Part shown: piece after piece, positions 1-13,313 of the stretch
Numbering within the stretch: position 1 is the stretch's first letter
Layout: each line of letters begins with the position of its first letter
DNA from: the human T2T-CHM13v2.0 reference genome, Homo sapiens
DNA: 64,000 nucleotides
NCBI RefSeq assembly: GCF_009914755.1
Contig: NC_060932.1
Reading direction: 5' to 3' (one strand)
Notes under the pieces: model-generated
The model's input: only the letters and a program-made list of their open reading frames with translations
What the model was told of the DNA's origin: nothing
Databases searched by the model: none
Position numbers and translations under genes: made by a program

Positions 1-509
1 TCCAGCTGACTGTAGGTCAGAAGCACCAAATCACCCTCTATAATTGTACTCAGTTGGTAATCTCATCTCAGCTCATGAGAGGCTCAAGCCAAATTAGGTC
101 ATATTACCTACTGCTTCTCAGGAATACATTCCAGCCCGGCACAGGTCAAATTGCATGGCCTGAGTGGTGATTACCCAGAGGCTGGCTTTGCTAGAAAGGC
201 AGCACGGAGCAGAGGTATGGCAGTGAGAAGGGATGCCAGTCCTGAGGGAACTGCAACTTGACTGTGAATTTTCTTAAAACAGCTTTTAAAGATGGACCTG
301 AGATTTATATTTAAGATTTAAAATCCTGGGCAGAGAAAGAAAACCAAGAGTCTCGATCCTGTAGAAAAGTCTCCACTTCTCAAAATTTAAATGACATATA
401 TGACGATAGCATTTTAAAAAGCCATGTGTTTTTAAATGTAATAGCTCATAAATAAAACTTTATACAAATAATAATAATCAGAGGAACACAAAAAAGGAGA
501 AATCCTTGT

Positions 510-637
510 AATTCTCAAACAACTCCATAGCAGGTACTGTTGGGATCTTCAGATGAAGAAACTGACACAGAAAAGTTCAGTAACTGCCCAAGGCCACGCA
601 GCTGTTTTTAATATGAGGAGATTAGGCTTGAAACTCT
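510..637 (-). mobile_element. MIR SINE fragment
   Basis: MIR core in reverse: CAGATGAAGAAACTGACACAGAAAAGTTCAGTAACTGCCCAAGGCCAC. Confidence 0.75.
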
Positions 638-736
638 ACATGTTTAAGAAAAACACTCCTACAAGTTCTCCTGTACTTGGGAGGAAACTGCCTCGAACCT
701 TTCTTGCAGAGAACATGGTTCTGAGCTGAACAGGTA

Positions 737-803
737 GGATGCTCAGTCTTATGATGGATGCCTAGTCTTACAATGGATGCCTAGTCTTGTGATGGATGCC
801 CTT
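737..803. repeat. Short minisatellite, ~19-bp unit x3.5
   Basis: Units GGATGCTCAGTCTT / GGATGCCTAGTCTT / GGATGCCTAGTCTT / GGATGCCCTT at 19-bp period. Confidence 0.85.
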
Positions 804-857
804 GTGCTCAAGTCTTTTCTGCATTCATAAAGATGCCTAAGGCAAAGGCCACAAGTT

Positions 858-1265
<408 letters not shown>

Positions 1266-1908
1266 TAAGGGAGAAACGCTGTGGTAATGCTGTTCAGAGT
1301 CCTCTGCCATGTGTAAGTGAACACAAATTATCTAGCAACTCCTTCACAAGTGCCAAACCCTGTACCAAGGAACTTTTCTATTCAGAGAAGTAGACACCAA
1401 TTTTTCCCTAAGACCTTGTTCTCCCAGAGTAAAACAATTGGCTTGGCTAAATAGAGCCTTTTACACTAAAAGCTTTTTTGTATTTATTATCTCATTTTGT
1501 ATTCAAAGCATTGCTGGGAGATGTGCAGAGTAGGTATTCATAATGTCTCAATTTTTGATGGAGTTGAGGTAGGTGGTTTATGTACTTTGAAATACGTTGG
1601 TATAAAGCTTTGTTTCCTCTGTATTATGTACACAGTCTCATGGACAAAGGCATTTGTCAAGTCTCTATGATATTTCTAGAAATACCTTACAGGGCATTAT
1701 GACTATACAAAGTCAGGGTAGGGCAGCAGAATGCCTGTCTTCAAGACTCTCCATCCCAATGCTCAGGACTTGTTATGCTACTCAGACCAGCATCTTTTGC
1801 ACAAAATATTTGTGGAATCATGTGCAAGAAAGGAATAAAAATATTTTGGTTTTAGGCATTTGAAAGCATCAGGTACAATATTAATATGAAATTTTGAGCT
1901 TAGGTGTA

Positions 1909-2190
1909 GATCAGTTAGTTTAGTGGGTTAAAATATGGGCCTGTTGGACCTGAGGTCTTCACTCTGTCTCTTATGAATCTGCCCAATTCACTCAGAAAGA
2001 AAAACATTCAATTCCAAGGGCCCAGATTTATTTCTCATCTCAAACAAATCAGTTGGCAAATAGTTGCCACTGGGCACTGAAAGGATGAGTGAGTTGCAGT
2101 CTGTAGCCAATTCCAGGGGTAAAAATATGCCCAAAGAGCCAGCTCCTTGTACTGTAAATCAGCAGCATGTCTTCAAAAATATATCATATT
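1909..2190 (+). mobile_element. MamSINE1-like ancient tRNA-derived SINE
   Basis: tRNA-like head GATCAGTTAGTTTAGTGGGTTAAAATATGG...GAGGTC, followed by colinear blocks (GAAAAACATTCAATTCCAAGGGCCCAGA; GCAAATAGTTGCCACTGGGCAC; TCAGCAGCATGTCTTCA) resembling the recalled MamSINE1 consensus. Confidence 0.6.
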
Positions 2191-2559
2191 GCATAGTGAG
2201 ATAATTACTTTATTTAACACGAGTAAAAAATCCAGAATAATTTTAGTAACAGCTAAGCTTGAGATGCCTTGATTAAGAGACCAGATAGAGAAGAATTCAT
2301 TAGTTCCAATTTTCTGTTGCTGCTTAGGGCAATAATGCTAAAGACTTTTTTATTTAAAGCTCTCTGAAAAAATAAATTTATAGAAAAAGTGCACCCTCAC
2401 ACACAAAAGCACACACGTACATAGCATAATTAAGACCTCAAAAGTAGATCAAGTAAAGATGTCTCACGACATAATTCATTTATAGGCAGTGTTGCAAACT
2501 TTTCTTTCAATGTCTGGCCAAGCCACTGTAACTCATTTAATGATTATTGCAATACCTTG

Positions 2560-3110
2560 CATGTGTCCTTGTGTAATCCTTTATCCACATTTTCACCATA
2601 ATTAACTTTCCAAGAGTATAAATTGGATTATGGCTTTATTCTGCTTAGTTTTTCACTAACTCACAATCTTCTGCAAGAAAAATCTAAGCTCTTTAAATGC
2701 ATGTAAGTCATTTCACAATCAGTTCAAACTGCCCTCTCCACCGGAATTATTTAGAGATCCCAAAATACACTGTGCTGATTCATGCCCAAGAGCTTTGTGA
2801 ATGCTGTTTCATTTTCCTGAAATATTATTTTCACTTTTGCCTACCTATTCAACCTAGCTGTCCCTTCTCTTAATATAACCTACCAGTGTGAATTGCTTCG
2901 TCTGGCCTGATACCTCTGTACCTTCTTACAGCTATATTTTGTTGGGCTTATTTGATCTAGCATTGCCTGTTCAACTAACTAGACCGGGGGCTCCTTAAGA
3001 ATATGAAGTATGTCTTATTTATCTCTGCATCCTTCTCACCAAGCTCAGCACTTAGAATGTAGAAGGCACTCAGTGAATACCTATTGAACATATGAATAAG
3101 TGGATAAGCA
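2560..3110 (+). mobile_element. L2 3' fragment
   Basis: L2 tail pattern CTAGACCGGGGGCTCCTTAAGA...TAGAAGGCACTCAGTGAATACCTATTGAA. Confidence 0.65.
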
Positions 3111-4469
3111 CGTTAGCACATGAACAGAGTTTCTAATGAGGAATCAGGGAATCTAACATTCTGGTTCTATTCTGTTTCACTGTCTCTGACTTGTTGTAGT
3201 GTGCTTTCTTTCTGAATAGGACAATTAGCTATCATTGAGCCAGCTTTCATGAGCGTCATGCGCCAGGGCAGGTGTTGACTGCTGTATGCTACTCCATATG
3301 CAGAGTGGCCCTCCTGACCCCAGCTGTGCTGGCCACCTCTGCTCAATCAGCTACTCTTAAAGAGAAGAATTTTGTCTCTCCATTAATCCCAAAATAGTGG
3401 CTAGCCCAGAGTATGATTGTCATGAAATGCATGTGAAGCACTTTGCATTGGGTCAGGCCTTTGTAAGAGCTTAATAAATATCAGCTGCTATTATTATGTA
3501 AGTGTTTAAAGACTTCCTTAGGTGAAAGACTATAAAGTTTTATATTGACATTCTTTTCTATTTATGTTATAAATATTTTATGAATGTAAGTGTAGGACCT
3601 CTTTCTATATACAGCTTTTATCCCTTTGAATACAGACTGACTCTGGGAGGTAAAAATCAGCAAAGAAAAGCAAAGAAAAATATAGGAAGTAAAACTGATG
3701 TGTTTATGCACTTGTTCCACTTCAGTTTATAGTTTAATAATTTCTCCTAAAATTGTACTTTCAAGGTCTCTTCAAATGTATATTTTCATGTAGCATTTCT
3801 ATTACATCAGCTTTGAGCTTTGGCTAACTGCTCTTATCCTCCCATTGAAGACAATGAGTTTAATTTCTAAGAAGGTTCATTTGAGTTTTAGGAATTGACA
3901 TCTGCTCATCTTAGTCTCTTGTGGTCTCTCTGGTCTGCAGAAAAAAAAAATGATGAACCTTGAATTTCTTTCTTCTTTTGACCACAGGGGAAATAATTCT
4001 GACCACAGATATAGAACAGAAAAATAATCTGTGCTTTTCCTCTGTCCTTTATTTACATTCTTCATGGTTTCTTTTCCCTTGGGTATTCTCATTTGTGTGT
4101 GGTTGATTATTGATCTAGCTCTAACTCAGATTTCCATTACTAATAAACAAAGTTTGGGCCGAAGTAACTTAGCATTTACAAAATGCAGTAAAACAAACTG
4201 CCCTTGTGATATATATTTTTGTTTGACTTTTGCTTGACTAGTCGAACAGTAAATTGCAGAAAGTGGTTCCTTTCTTTATATTTATAAATGCATCCATGCC
4301 AGTGTTAGCTTAACCAATAAATATTTTTAAATTAAAATTATGAATGATTAATATAAAAGCAAAACACTAAGTGATCGTAGACTCAACTGACAGTTTACTT
4401 TTGTGAAGAGAAGTTTTATAGATGATGAACTGGAGGTTGTTCATGGCTCAAGTAGAAAAAAACTTGAAG

Positions 4470-4660
4470 TTTTAGAGATAGATTAGCTCTGAATTAGACA
4501 GTGCTGAGTTACTTTGAGTGAATAACTGAGCTGCTCTGATCTCCCATTTCTGCATTTGGAAAAAAGGGAGCAATGGAACATGATTCATATGGTTGCTTAA
4601 GCATTAAATAGTGCACAGAAAACATTAAGCCTGTAATAGGCACTCAATTAGTAATTATTT
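4470..4660 (+). mobile_element. MIR fragment
   Basis: CTTTGAGTGAATAACTGAGCTGCTCTGATCTCCCATTTCTGCATTTGG...TAATAGGCACTCAAT. Confidence 0.55.
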
Positions 4661-5589
4661 CTCATTCATGTACCCTCTCTGAAACTTTGTCTTCTGCACA
4701 AAACAATCACATATGTGCCTATATTTGTCCATAGGATGTTTTGCCTATTAAGGAGCCTAATGACAAGTATCAAAAGCGAAATAATTTGATAAAATTATAT
4801 GAAGATATTTATATGACATTTATTGGCTCTGGGCAACACTACTCATGATCCTTCATTTTAATAACAAGCAGAAGGTATGGTCAGAAATTTTCATAACAAG
4901 CAGGAATGCATGGGAATGCACTGTGGTGGTGTGAGTTAAGTGCTCTGTCTCATTACCAGCTAATGTGTCAATAATAATGCATAGTGCCCATGGTTATGAC
5001 ATTGGAAAGTTATTACTTCCAATAGAAATAACTGAAGACGTTGTGGGCCATTGATACACCTCACGGGAAATTGCAGGGGATCTCCTGTAATTAACATGAG
5101 CCACCAGTGCACAAAGTAAATAAGCAACATAATTATAATTTTTCCAGCTGTAAGCAGGTATTAGGGATTTTCCTTTCATCCACTTTGCTTTGGGAACTGG
5201 CTCCTTGCCATGCTCTGTCTCTGTATTCCCTTCTGCATTCTACATTTTAGTACTTTTTCTAGGTCATAAAGTCATTTGATGCTCTGTGAGTTGGTGAGTG
5301 GATAAAAGAACCTCTACAGATGGAAGCAAAACTCTAGCAACTACAGGAAAAGAAAAGTTGCCTCTGATAGCTGTCTGTGCTTTGTTGCAGGGGTGACTTG
5401 CATAATGATATGGCTAATGGAAATCAGTAGCACATACTGGTCCCTAAGCCCACAGTTGTTTCTCTCTGTGAAATTAGAGGAGAAAAGAATCAATAAGCAG
5501 GCCAACATGAAGTCCCATCTGTTTCTAAAAGAGGCAATTGAGAATTAGGAGCTCTGAAATGGGACAATAGAGTTTTTAAAAGGGCACTC

Positions 5590-5770
5590 AAACCTCACTG
5601 TGTGGCCTATGATGAGTCTGTCAACCTCTCTGGTTATGTGCGTTCTCGTCTGGAAAGGGAGAGTCAGTAACTATTCCACAGAGTACAGAGAGGACTAAAT
5701 GAGGTAAGCTACATAAAACACTTAGCCTGGTGCCTGGCATATATTAAATATTCAATAAATGTTAGTATGA
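5590..5770 (+). mobile_element. MIR fragment
   Basis: CTGTGTGGCC...AACCTCTCTG...AAATGAGGTAAGCTACATAAAACACTTAGCCTGGTGCCTGGCATAT...TCAATAAATGTTAG. Confidence 0.7.
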
Positions 5771-6470
5771 TCACTTTCTATTGACAGGCAGTTTCACATA
5801 GAGCATTTATCTTCTTTTGGCTTATTAACTTCCCAGAGGAGTAGATGAGCTCAAGTAGTAGGGTAGTAAACAGAAGAGTGATGGGATGGGAAAATAAATC
5901 TCTATGGAGATAGTTTGGGGAAAGCTATTCGTCCTAGTCTATTAAATCAGTTACAGCCTAAGGTGGTCCTATTTGTCCGACCACATAACTAATTTTGTCC
6001 AATTCGATTTAAGAATCATTTTTTAACGAGGCACTACACTGCTAGGCACACGAGCTCTAGAAAGTTGAAATTGACTTGGTGAAACTTTTTAGTACAATGA
6101 CAACATATGAACAGAAATTTAACTTCCTTTTATTCATCACAACTGTCTCCTCACCTCATGTACACACTCACACATCCCTCCAGAATCCTATAGCAATTAC
6201 CACTGGAATGCGAAAGTAGTGGGAAATCTGCATCAGTTCTGGAAACTATAATATGTTACATCCTAATGCCAATGCCATATCGGCATGAAATATTGAGGGA
6301 TTTCCATCATATAGAGTGCTGAAATGGTCTGCTGAAGAGAGACTTGAAGGGCAATGCCATGCAGTCCTCTGAAAGGCCAGCATCCTAAGGAATTAGGTGG
6401 AGTCCTTGAACAGCCCTTGTAACACCTCCTTAATTCAAAAAAGACAAGAGCATACTATGGTTCGTGGGTA

Positions 6471-6588
6471 AGGCTGCCAGATCAAGTATAGGACACCTAG
6501 TTAAAGTTGACTTTCCAGTAAACAATAGATTTTAGTGGGTGGGGCAAGGGACCAGGGGTAATAAGTATGTCCCATGCAATATTTGGGG
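6471..6588. mobile_element. MER53 hAT-type MITE, left half only
   Basis: AGGCTGCCAGATCAAGTATAGGACACCTAGTTAAAGTTGACTTTCCAGTAAACAA...AAGTATGTCCCATGCAATATTTGGG resembles the MER53 arm and centre. Confidence 0.7.
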
Positions 6589-6655
6589 TGCGGGAAGGGA
6601 GCAAGGGTAATAAGTATGTCTTGTGAAAAATTTGTGATATACGAAAGAAACTTTT

Positions 6656-6791
6656 AAAAATACTACTATCTAATAGGCTAGAAACTGAGAAGAGTAAGCC
6701 ATAAACAGCCTCTGTGGCCCTTTCTGGTTACATGGAAATGCCCAGACTCTTGCTTAAAGATTGTAGATACAGTAGCGTAGGCATAGGCATG
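6656..6791 (+). repeat. Direct repeat copy A (~120 bp; copy B at 8407-8530)
   Basis: ACTACTATCTAATAGGCTAGAAACTGAGAAGAGTAAGC...AGCCTCTGTGGCCCTTTCTGGTTA...AAATGCCCAGACTCTTGCT...TAGGCATG. Confidence 0.9.
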
Positions 6792-7269
6792 TATATTATT
6801 TGCTAAATCAGGCAAGGCTACTCACAGGGCTACCACATGCAAAGCTTTGGGAAGAGCTGCAGGCTGGGCTGTGGCCTGGCAACTGTGATGAACAGAAGAT
6901 GGGCAGTATTGCAGCTTGTTCTTCAGCAGGTGGCTACATGGGAACAGAAAAGAACAAAGAAGCAATGTTTCAGCACAGAGGAGGGACTCCCTGCTGAGGC
7001 TGCCTATTGCCTCAGCTCTCTCTCTTTTCCTCCAAGACTGCAGGCTTTCTGAACAGTTATTGCAATTTTACGGGAAATGTATTCTCTTTTTCTCTTTTCA
7101 TCTGGATCTAGAGGTTTCAGACAGTCACTTGCACCAGTAGAGGATAGAATCTCTCAATGTATTGCTGTGAGCCAATACTGGGTATTCATGCTACCAACCC
7201 CCATCCCCCCAATAAGAATGAGGAACAAATCTATTTTTTAAAAAAACCCAAATCTAAAATACAGAAGGA

Positions 7270-8400
7270 GTTCATATTTAATATTCCCTGAATTCCATAA
7301 TGAAGACAGTAGCAGAATTAATACTAAAGAAAATCCAATTAGTGAAGTAGAAAATGAACTTAAGTATTTCTAAAAATTAGAGACAAAGGCATAAAAACTA
7401 CACAACTTGACATACGGATTCAAGAGGCTTAATCCATACAAATAATAATCTTACAAATAAATAACAGATTGTATGATACAAAGGTATTAATAAAAGAAAG
7501 AGTAGAAGAAAATCTTCCTGAGAGGAAACAATATTAGGTCACAGATCAGAAGGACTCATGGAACCAAAAGGAGCCTCTGTGTGTGCTGGTTTTTCATTGT
7601 TGTTGTTGGTTTGTTTTTTGGCTGATTTCTTCTCAAGAATAAAACTTGAAATGTTACAAGTATCCAAGCAGAGAAAAATTAACATATTATTAAACACCAA
7701 AGACAGGCTACTGTTAGTTTTCTCTAGAACATTCCTTGAGGTAGTAATCCTCCAAGCTCTGAGCACAGACGGCTTCTATGCCCAGTGGTTCCTGTAGTAG
7801 GGACAGCAGAAAGGCATTCTCAGACTGCAAACACTTCCAAAGCATATCACCTGTACACCTCTCCTGAAATAGTTAATTGAAGATAAGTTTTGGCTGACTA
7901 ATAGAAGAAAATATAAAGAATTTTGAAAATGGGAAAGTTGTTATATGAGATTAAGAGTGAGCAGTGAAACTGGATAAACATAGTTAAGTCCCAATGATTG
8001 TTTCTAATATGGTATTAAAGCTTAATGCAAATAAACACCAGACATTATTCTAGAAAAGACAATGCATAGTATCAAATCATTAATTTTATAATTATAATCT
8101 GAATCTATATAATCTGGCATAAATAAAAATGGAGAGTTATCAGATGTAAGAAAAAGGTATTGGGATAAAATTAGGTTCCCAGAGTGGAAACCTAATTCAT
8201 TATAATTATGAAAATAACTTGAATATTTAAAAAATTATAACCATAACCACTAATAGACTAAAAATAGGACATATATTCCAATTTGGTAAAGTAACATTAA
8301 AAATGAGAAAAAATATTTAAAGGGCATATGTTGTCAAAATATTAATGATATTCATCACTAGATATTACTTTTGTAACCTGAAAAAATAAAAATAACTTAC
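7270..8400 (+). mobile_element. HAL1 / ancient L1ME-like relic (ORF1-like region plus 3' end)
   Basis: A-rich ORF1-like blocks AGAAGAAAATCTTCCTGAGA...CAGATCAGAAGGACTCA and AAAGGCATTCTCAGACTGCAA; L1ME-like end TATTACTTTTGTAACCTGAAAAAATAAA. Confidence 0.55.
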
Positions 8401-8406
8401 TATCTC

Positions 8407-8530
8407 AAAAAAACTACTCTCTAATAAACTAGAAACAGAGAACAGTAAGCTACAAAAAGCCTCTGTGGCTCTTTCTGGTTATGTTTTAAATGCCCAGATT
8501 CTTGCTAAAGAAATTGTAGCTATAGGCATG
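8407..8530 (+). repeat. Direct repeat copy B (copy A at 6656-6791)
   Basis: ACTACTCTCTAATAAACTAGAAACAGAGAACAGTAAGC...AGCCTCTGTGGCTCTTTCTGGTTA...AAATGCCCAGATTCTTGCT...TAGGCATG; about 80% identical to copy A by eye. Confidence 0.9.
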
Positions 8531-11410
8531 ATTAAACGCTCTTCTCTGATACCACACTGGTACACTTACCAATGATTGCAAACAGAATTGACACTGTCTG
8601 TGTAGAAGACATTGGTTCCCTGTTACTTTTGCCTCCATTTTCCAGCTTAAAATGACCATGATAACTTTTGAGCAATAGTGGAAAATTTCAAAAAAGATTT
8701 TGCTGTACTGGCACCCAGTCTGTCAGTTTAAAGGTAAGACAGCAATGAGCATGCCAGGATGTGTTGTGCTAAGATCACTTCAAAGATGGCCACTCAGTAA
8801 AATCTACATTATGTAAAGCATCCTTCACTTTGACCTTGGCAACAGATTTGTAGCCTGAGAGAGCAGTCATGGCTGATCACAAATAATTCATTTTATATTA
8901 AACAAGTGCTAAATTCCATAGTAGTTCTTAACAGCAAGGGACTCTCAAAGGGCAAAAGACTGAATAAACTTAAACTTCAGGAAACAGCAAGCTCTTACTT
9001 GCAGCAATCAATAGCCTTTTACTATGGAGAGCAACAAAACCTTTTTGGCTTCCTGAGTGCAAGTCAAGCCTCTGATCCCCTTTCTAACCATCATTCATTT
9101 TCAGGGCACTTTGATTCTGTGTCTCTCATGTGGAGGCAACAAGGTGCTGGCCCCTGTTTGAACTCAAGTCCCATGGAGAAAAAGATTCCCCAACAGAGAA
9201 AATAAATACTTCCCGACTTCTTTGTTTGTCTTCCAGGCTCTCAGTGGGCACAGCACTCCTGCTCCCTCTGGGTAGCACTCTTCAACTCTCCCTGCTAATT
9301 AACCTCTCCTACCGGGTTGCCAAATGAGCTGCTGACAACCAGCCCTGAGCAACTAGAAAACACCAGGACGGCAGACTGGATTGTTAAATTCTTCCATTAA
9401 GTCTAGGAGCAGAGAGTGCCTTTGGAGTTTTGCTTGGATTCAGTAGTGATAGGTTGACATCACAGTCAGAAAAGGGAAAGATTTTGTGTCACACTGACTC
9501 TTTAGCTACAATCAGGACACAGTTTTTGGATTTTTTTCATGTGGTAAAGGAGGCTATAAAAAGTAGTAAATTAATTTTAGAGTATATTAAAACCTAGTAG
9601 GTTTTCTTGCAATAGGAAATAAAGAAGATTTCTGAGAAATGTGAGGAGCTCCCTTGAACTTTCAACCTTCCTACCTCCCTTTCCCTGACGTAAATGGATC
9701 CCAAACCAAGCAGCCATTTTTTTTGTTTCAGTTAAGGGATGAGGGTGGCTAACATTCCTGACAAGTTGTGAGAGCTCAATAACTAATGAAGAAGAGCCAA
9801 CATATGATAAAACAAATAACCCATATCACAATTTGTAGGACTGCCATAATTTACAGTATTTTCAATAAGGAATTAGCTATAAATAATTCACTTAAAAGTA
9901 AAAGCTTTAGTGAAAGCAATAAAGAAACACTTTTGCTTTTTTTAAACATCAAAACTAATCTTCAGTTCTATGTGTGGCCAGATGGATGAATAAATTTTAG
10001 TGACCTTCAAGATGAATGTTGCTGTAAGTCAGGATCACCTTAGCATTTTCAATGGGCTGAGTATCAGAAGGCCAGTACATGCCAATGTATACTTTCTGAA
10101 ACTCAGAAATTTTGATGTTTGTTTTCTTTTAAAGCATAAGATTATGCTTCTTTTTCACCTTTTTTACCTCTTTTGGTATCAAACATTTCCACCTGATCTT
10201 TCTATTTCTCCCCTTTTTTTTGTCTTTTAGATTTCAGTATTTCTAAACTCTTTTACTCCAAAACAGTTTCATGGCTCATTTTTACCTTAAATTTGACTGA
10301 AGACCAAATCGATGTTTTCTACTTTTAATGGTTTCTTCCTGCACCCTCACCTTACAGCTTATTCTTCAGGTTAAGTTCATACACATTGTTTGATTTGAGG
10401 GATAGTGTCCAGTAAAATTTTTCTCTAATTTCTGAAATTTTGATAGTAACACATTCTTCTTTTGGGTTAATCTCTCTGCTTATTGATCGCCTGGAACGTT
10501 ATGTTAAAACACATTCCTAGGAGGCTTCAGTGGGAATGTTGGCCATAACTGATTAATGATGCCCTGGGCACAAGATGGGATAGTGCTAGTCAACATCTTG
10601 TACTTTTGCTAGCTACGTCTGCTGACTCCTTTGTATAAGGGCATTGGCCAGTCTCCTTTACTTATTGCATGTTAAGAGAGCTCTTTAAGTACATAGGGTG
10701 AAGAAGTTCCCAAAAGAGAACATCCCAAAGTAGGTGGGGTTCTAAATACAAAGTGCTTATGTGCCACAATTTTGCTTTTCGTGCCCTGATCTAGCCTTCA
10801 ATATCTACTTTGAAACATCTATTCAAAATGCAATCTTTTCATTATAAAACCAAAATTGAAAAGTACCAACATAGACATGGGCAGTACCTATTTCTCAAAG
10901 CATATTAGTCAAGAAAAAAAATTTTACAGGGACCAATCTACAGGTAGATTTTTGTTCATAATTCAGGGTGGTCATACTGTAAAAAAAAAAAAAGTAAAAG
11001 CCAAGATCAGTATATTGTAGTTAATTAAACAAATAAATGGACATACTTGAAGTTCTCTGAGCAGTAGCAGGGCATGAACCAAACTCTCTTACTGCTCCTC
11101 TGAATCTTTTACAAGTTCTTCTTTCCTACATATTGGCAACATTTAATGTTCTCTCCACAAACCATTTATCTTCTCCTTTTTATTCTCTTCCTAGGGATCC
11201 TCAGCTCAATCTCACCTGAATGTTTTTCCTCTCCTTAAATGACTTCCAATCCAAAACTTCAAACTTGGTGCCTTCAAATTTATTCCTGAATATCTAGTTT
11301 AATGGTAAAATGTGGATTTTGGAATGTTCTTTCTAACTTTTAAAACATTTCAAGGTGAATTCATTATTACCACACAGAAGTTATGTTTTTCTGCCACCTT
11401 TTATTATGAT

Positions 11411-11707
11411 TATTTTTTTCTCTGAAACAGGGTCTCACTCTCATTGCCCAGGCTCGAGTGCAGTGGTGGGATCACGGCTCACTGCAGCCTTGACTTCCTG
11501 GACTCAGATGATCCTCCCACCTCAGCTTTCTGAGTAGCTGGGACCATAGGCATGCACTACCATGCCCAGCTAATTTTTTGTATTTTGTATTTTTATTTTT
11601 GTAGTGACAGGGTTTCACCATGTTGCCCAGGCTTGTCTCGAACTCCTGGCTCAAGCGATCGACCTTCTAAATTGCTGGGATTACAGGTGTGAGCCACCAT
11701 CCCAGCC
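11411..11707 (-). mobile_element. Alu (AluJ-like)
   Basis: GAAACAGGGTCTCACTCT...CACTGCAGCCTTGACTTCCTGGACTCAGATGATCCTCCCACCTCAG (J diagnostics)...GTGAGCCACCATCCCAGCC. Confidence 0.95.
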
Positions 11708-12079
11708 CCATCTAATTTTTATGTTAATGAAACTACAACAGTTCAATTACCATGCATGTTGATTTTACCACGATTTTATTTATTTACATCTATAATGTAG
11801 AGGGGCTATTTTAGGTCCTCAATTCCTTTCTTTGTTCTATTTCAATTTCCTCCAAACTTCTTCCTTCTTTTGAGGTTTTTTTAATTTCAATCCATATTAA
11901 ATATCACTATCAGATATTTCATTTTAAAGTATAGTTCTAATTTATTATCCTCTGTTTAGAAAGCTGTGGAGACAGTCCTTTACCTACAGAGTAAAACACA
12001 TGAAGTCTTAAGCTGGTATTCAGTGTCCTCTATAGGCCAATGCAAGCCTAACCATCTGTCCATCCCTCCTACCTCTCCT

Positions 12080-12415
12080 TCTTTCCTTCCTTTTTTCCTT
12101 GGTTCTTCCTTCTTTCCTTCCTTTCACCCTTCCACAAGTAATCACTGAGTGACTACTGTATGTCCAGCACTGTGTGAGGCCTTGGGAACACCAAGTCAAA
12201 TGACATAGAGTTTTACCTCAGTCAGCCTAGTAAAACCAGATATGTGTACACAGAATTACATTAAGATGTGGTGAGTGCTGTAACAGAGGTAAGGACAAAG
12301 GAGATCAAGAACACCAAGGAAGAAGCAACTAACTCCGGGGAGGCAGGAAAAAGATTGTTCAGGTAAGAGTTCACATAAAATGTGACACTGACTTTGAGTA
12401 CTGATGAATGAAAGG
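12080..12415 (-). mobile_element. L2 fragment
   Basis: CACTGAGTGACTACTGTATGTCCAGCACTGTGTGAGGCCTTGGGAACAC, a reverse L2 3' end. Confidence 0.65.
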
Positions 12416-12557
12416 GTTCCCTGTGGCCCCATCTCCTACTCTTTTTCTATATTCTATGTACCTTCCAGACAGACCAGAAGACTCTCCTTGCTGTGAACAT
12501 ATGCCAAAAGTGCATTTGATCGTGCTTTTTACTTTTAACCAGGTCTCCCTTCCCATC

Positions 12558-13313
<756 letters not shown>

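Noticed and set aside
1909-1980. Possible tRNA gene
   Set aside because: No intact T-arm/B-box or acceptor stem; it continues into a SINE body
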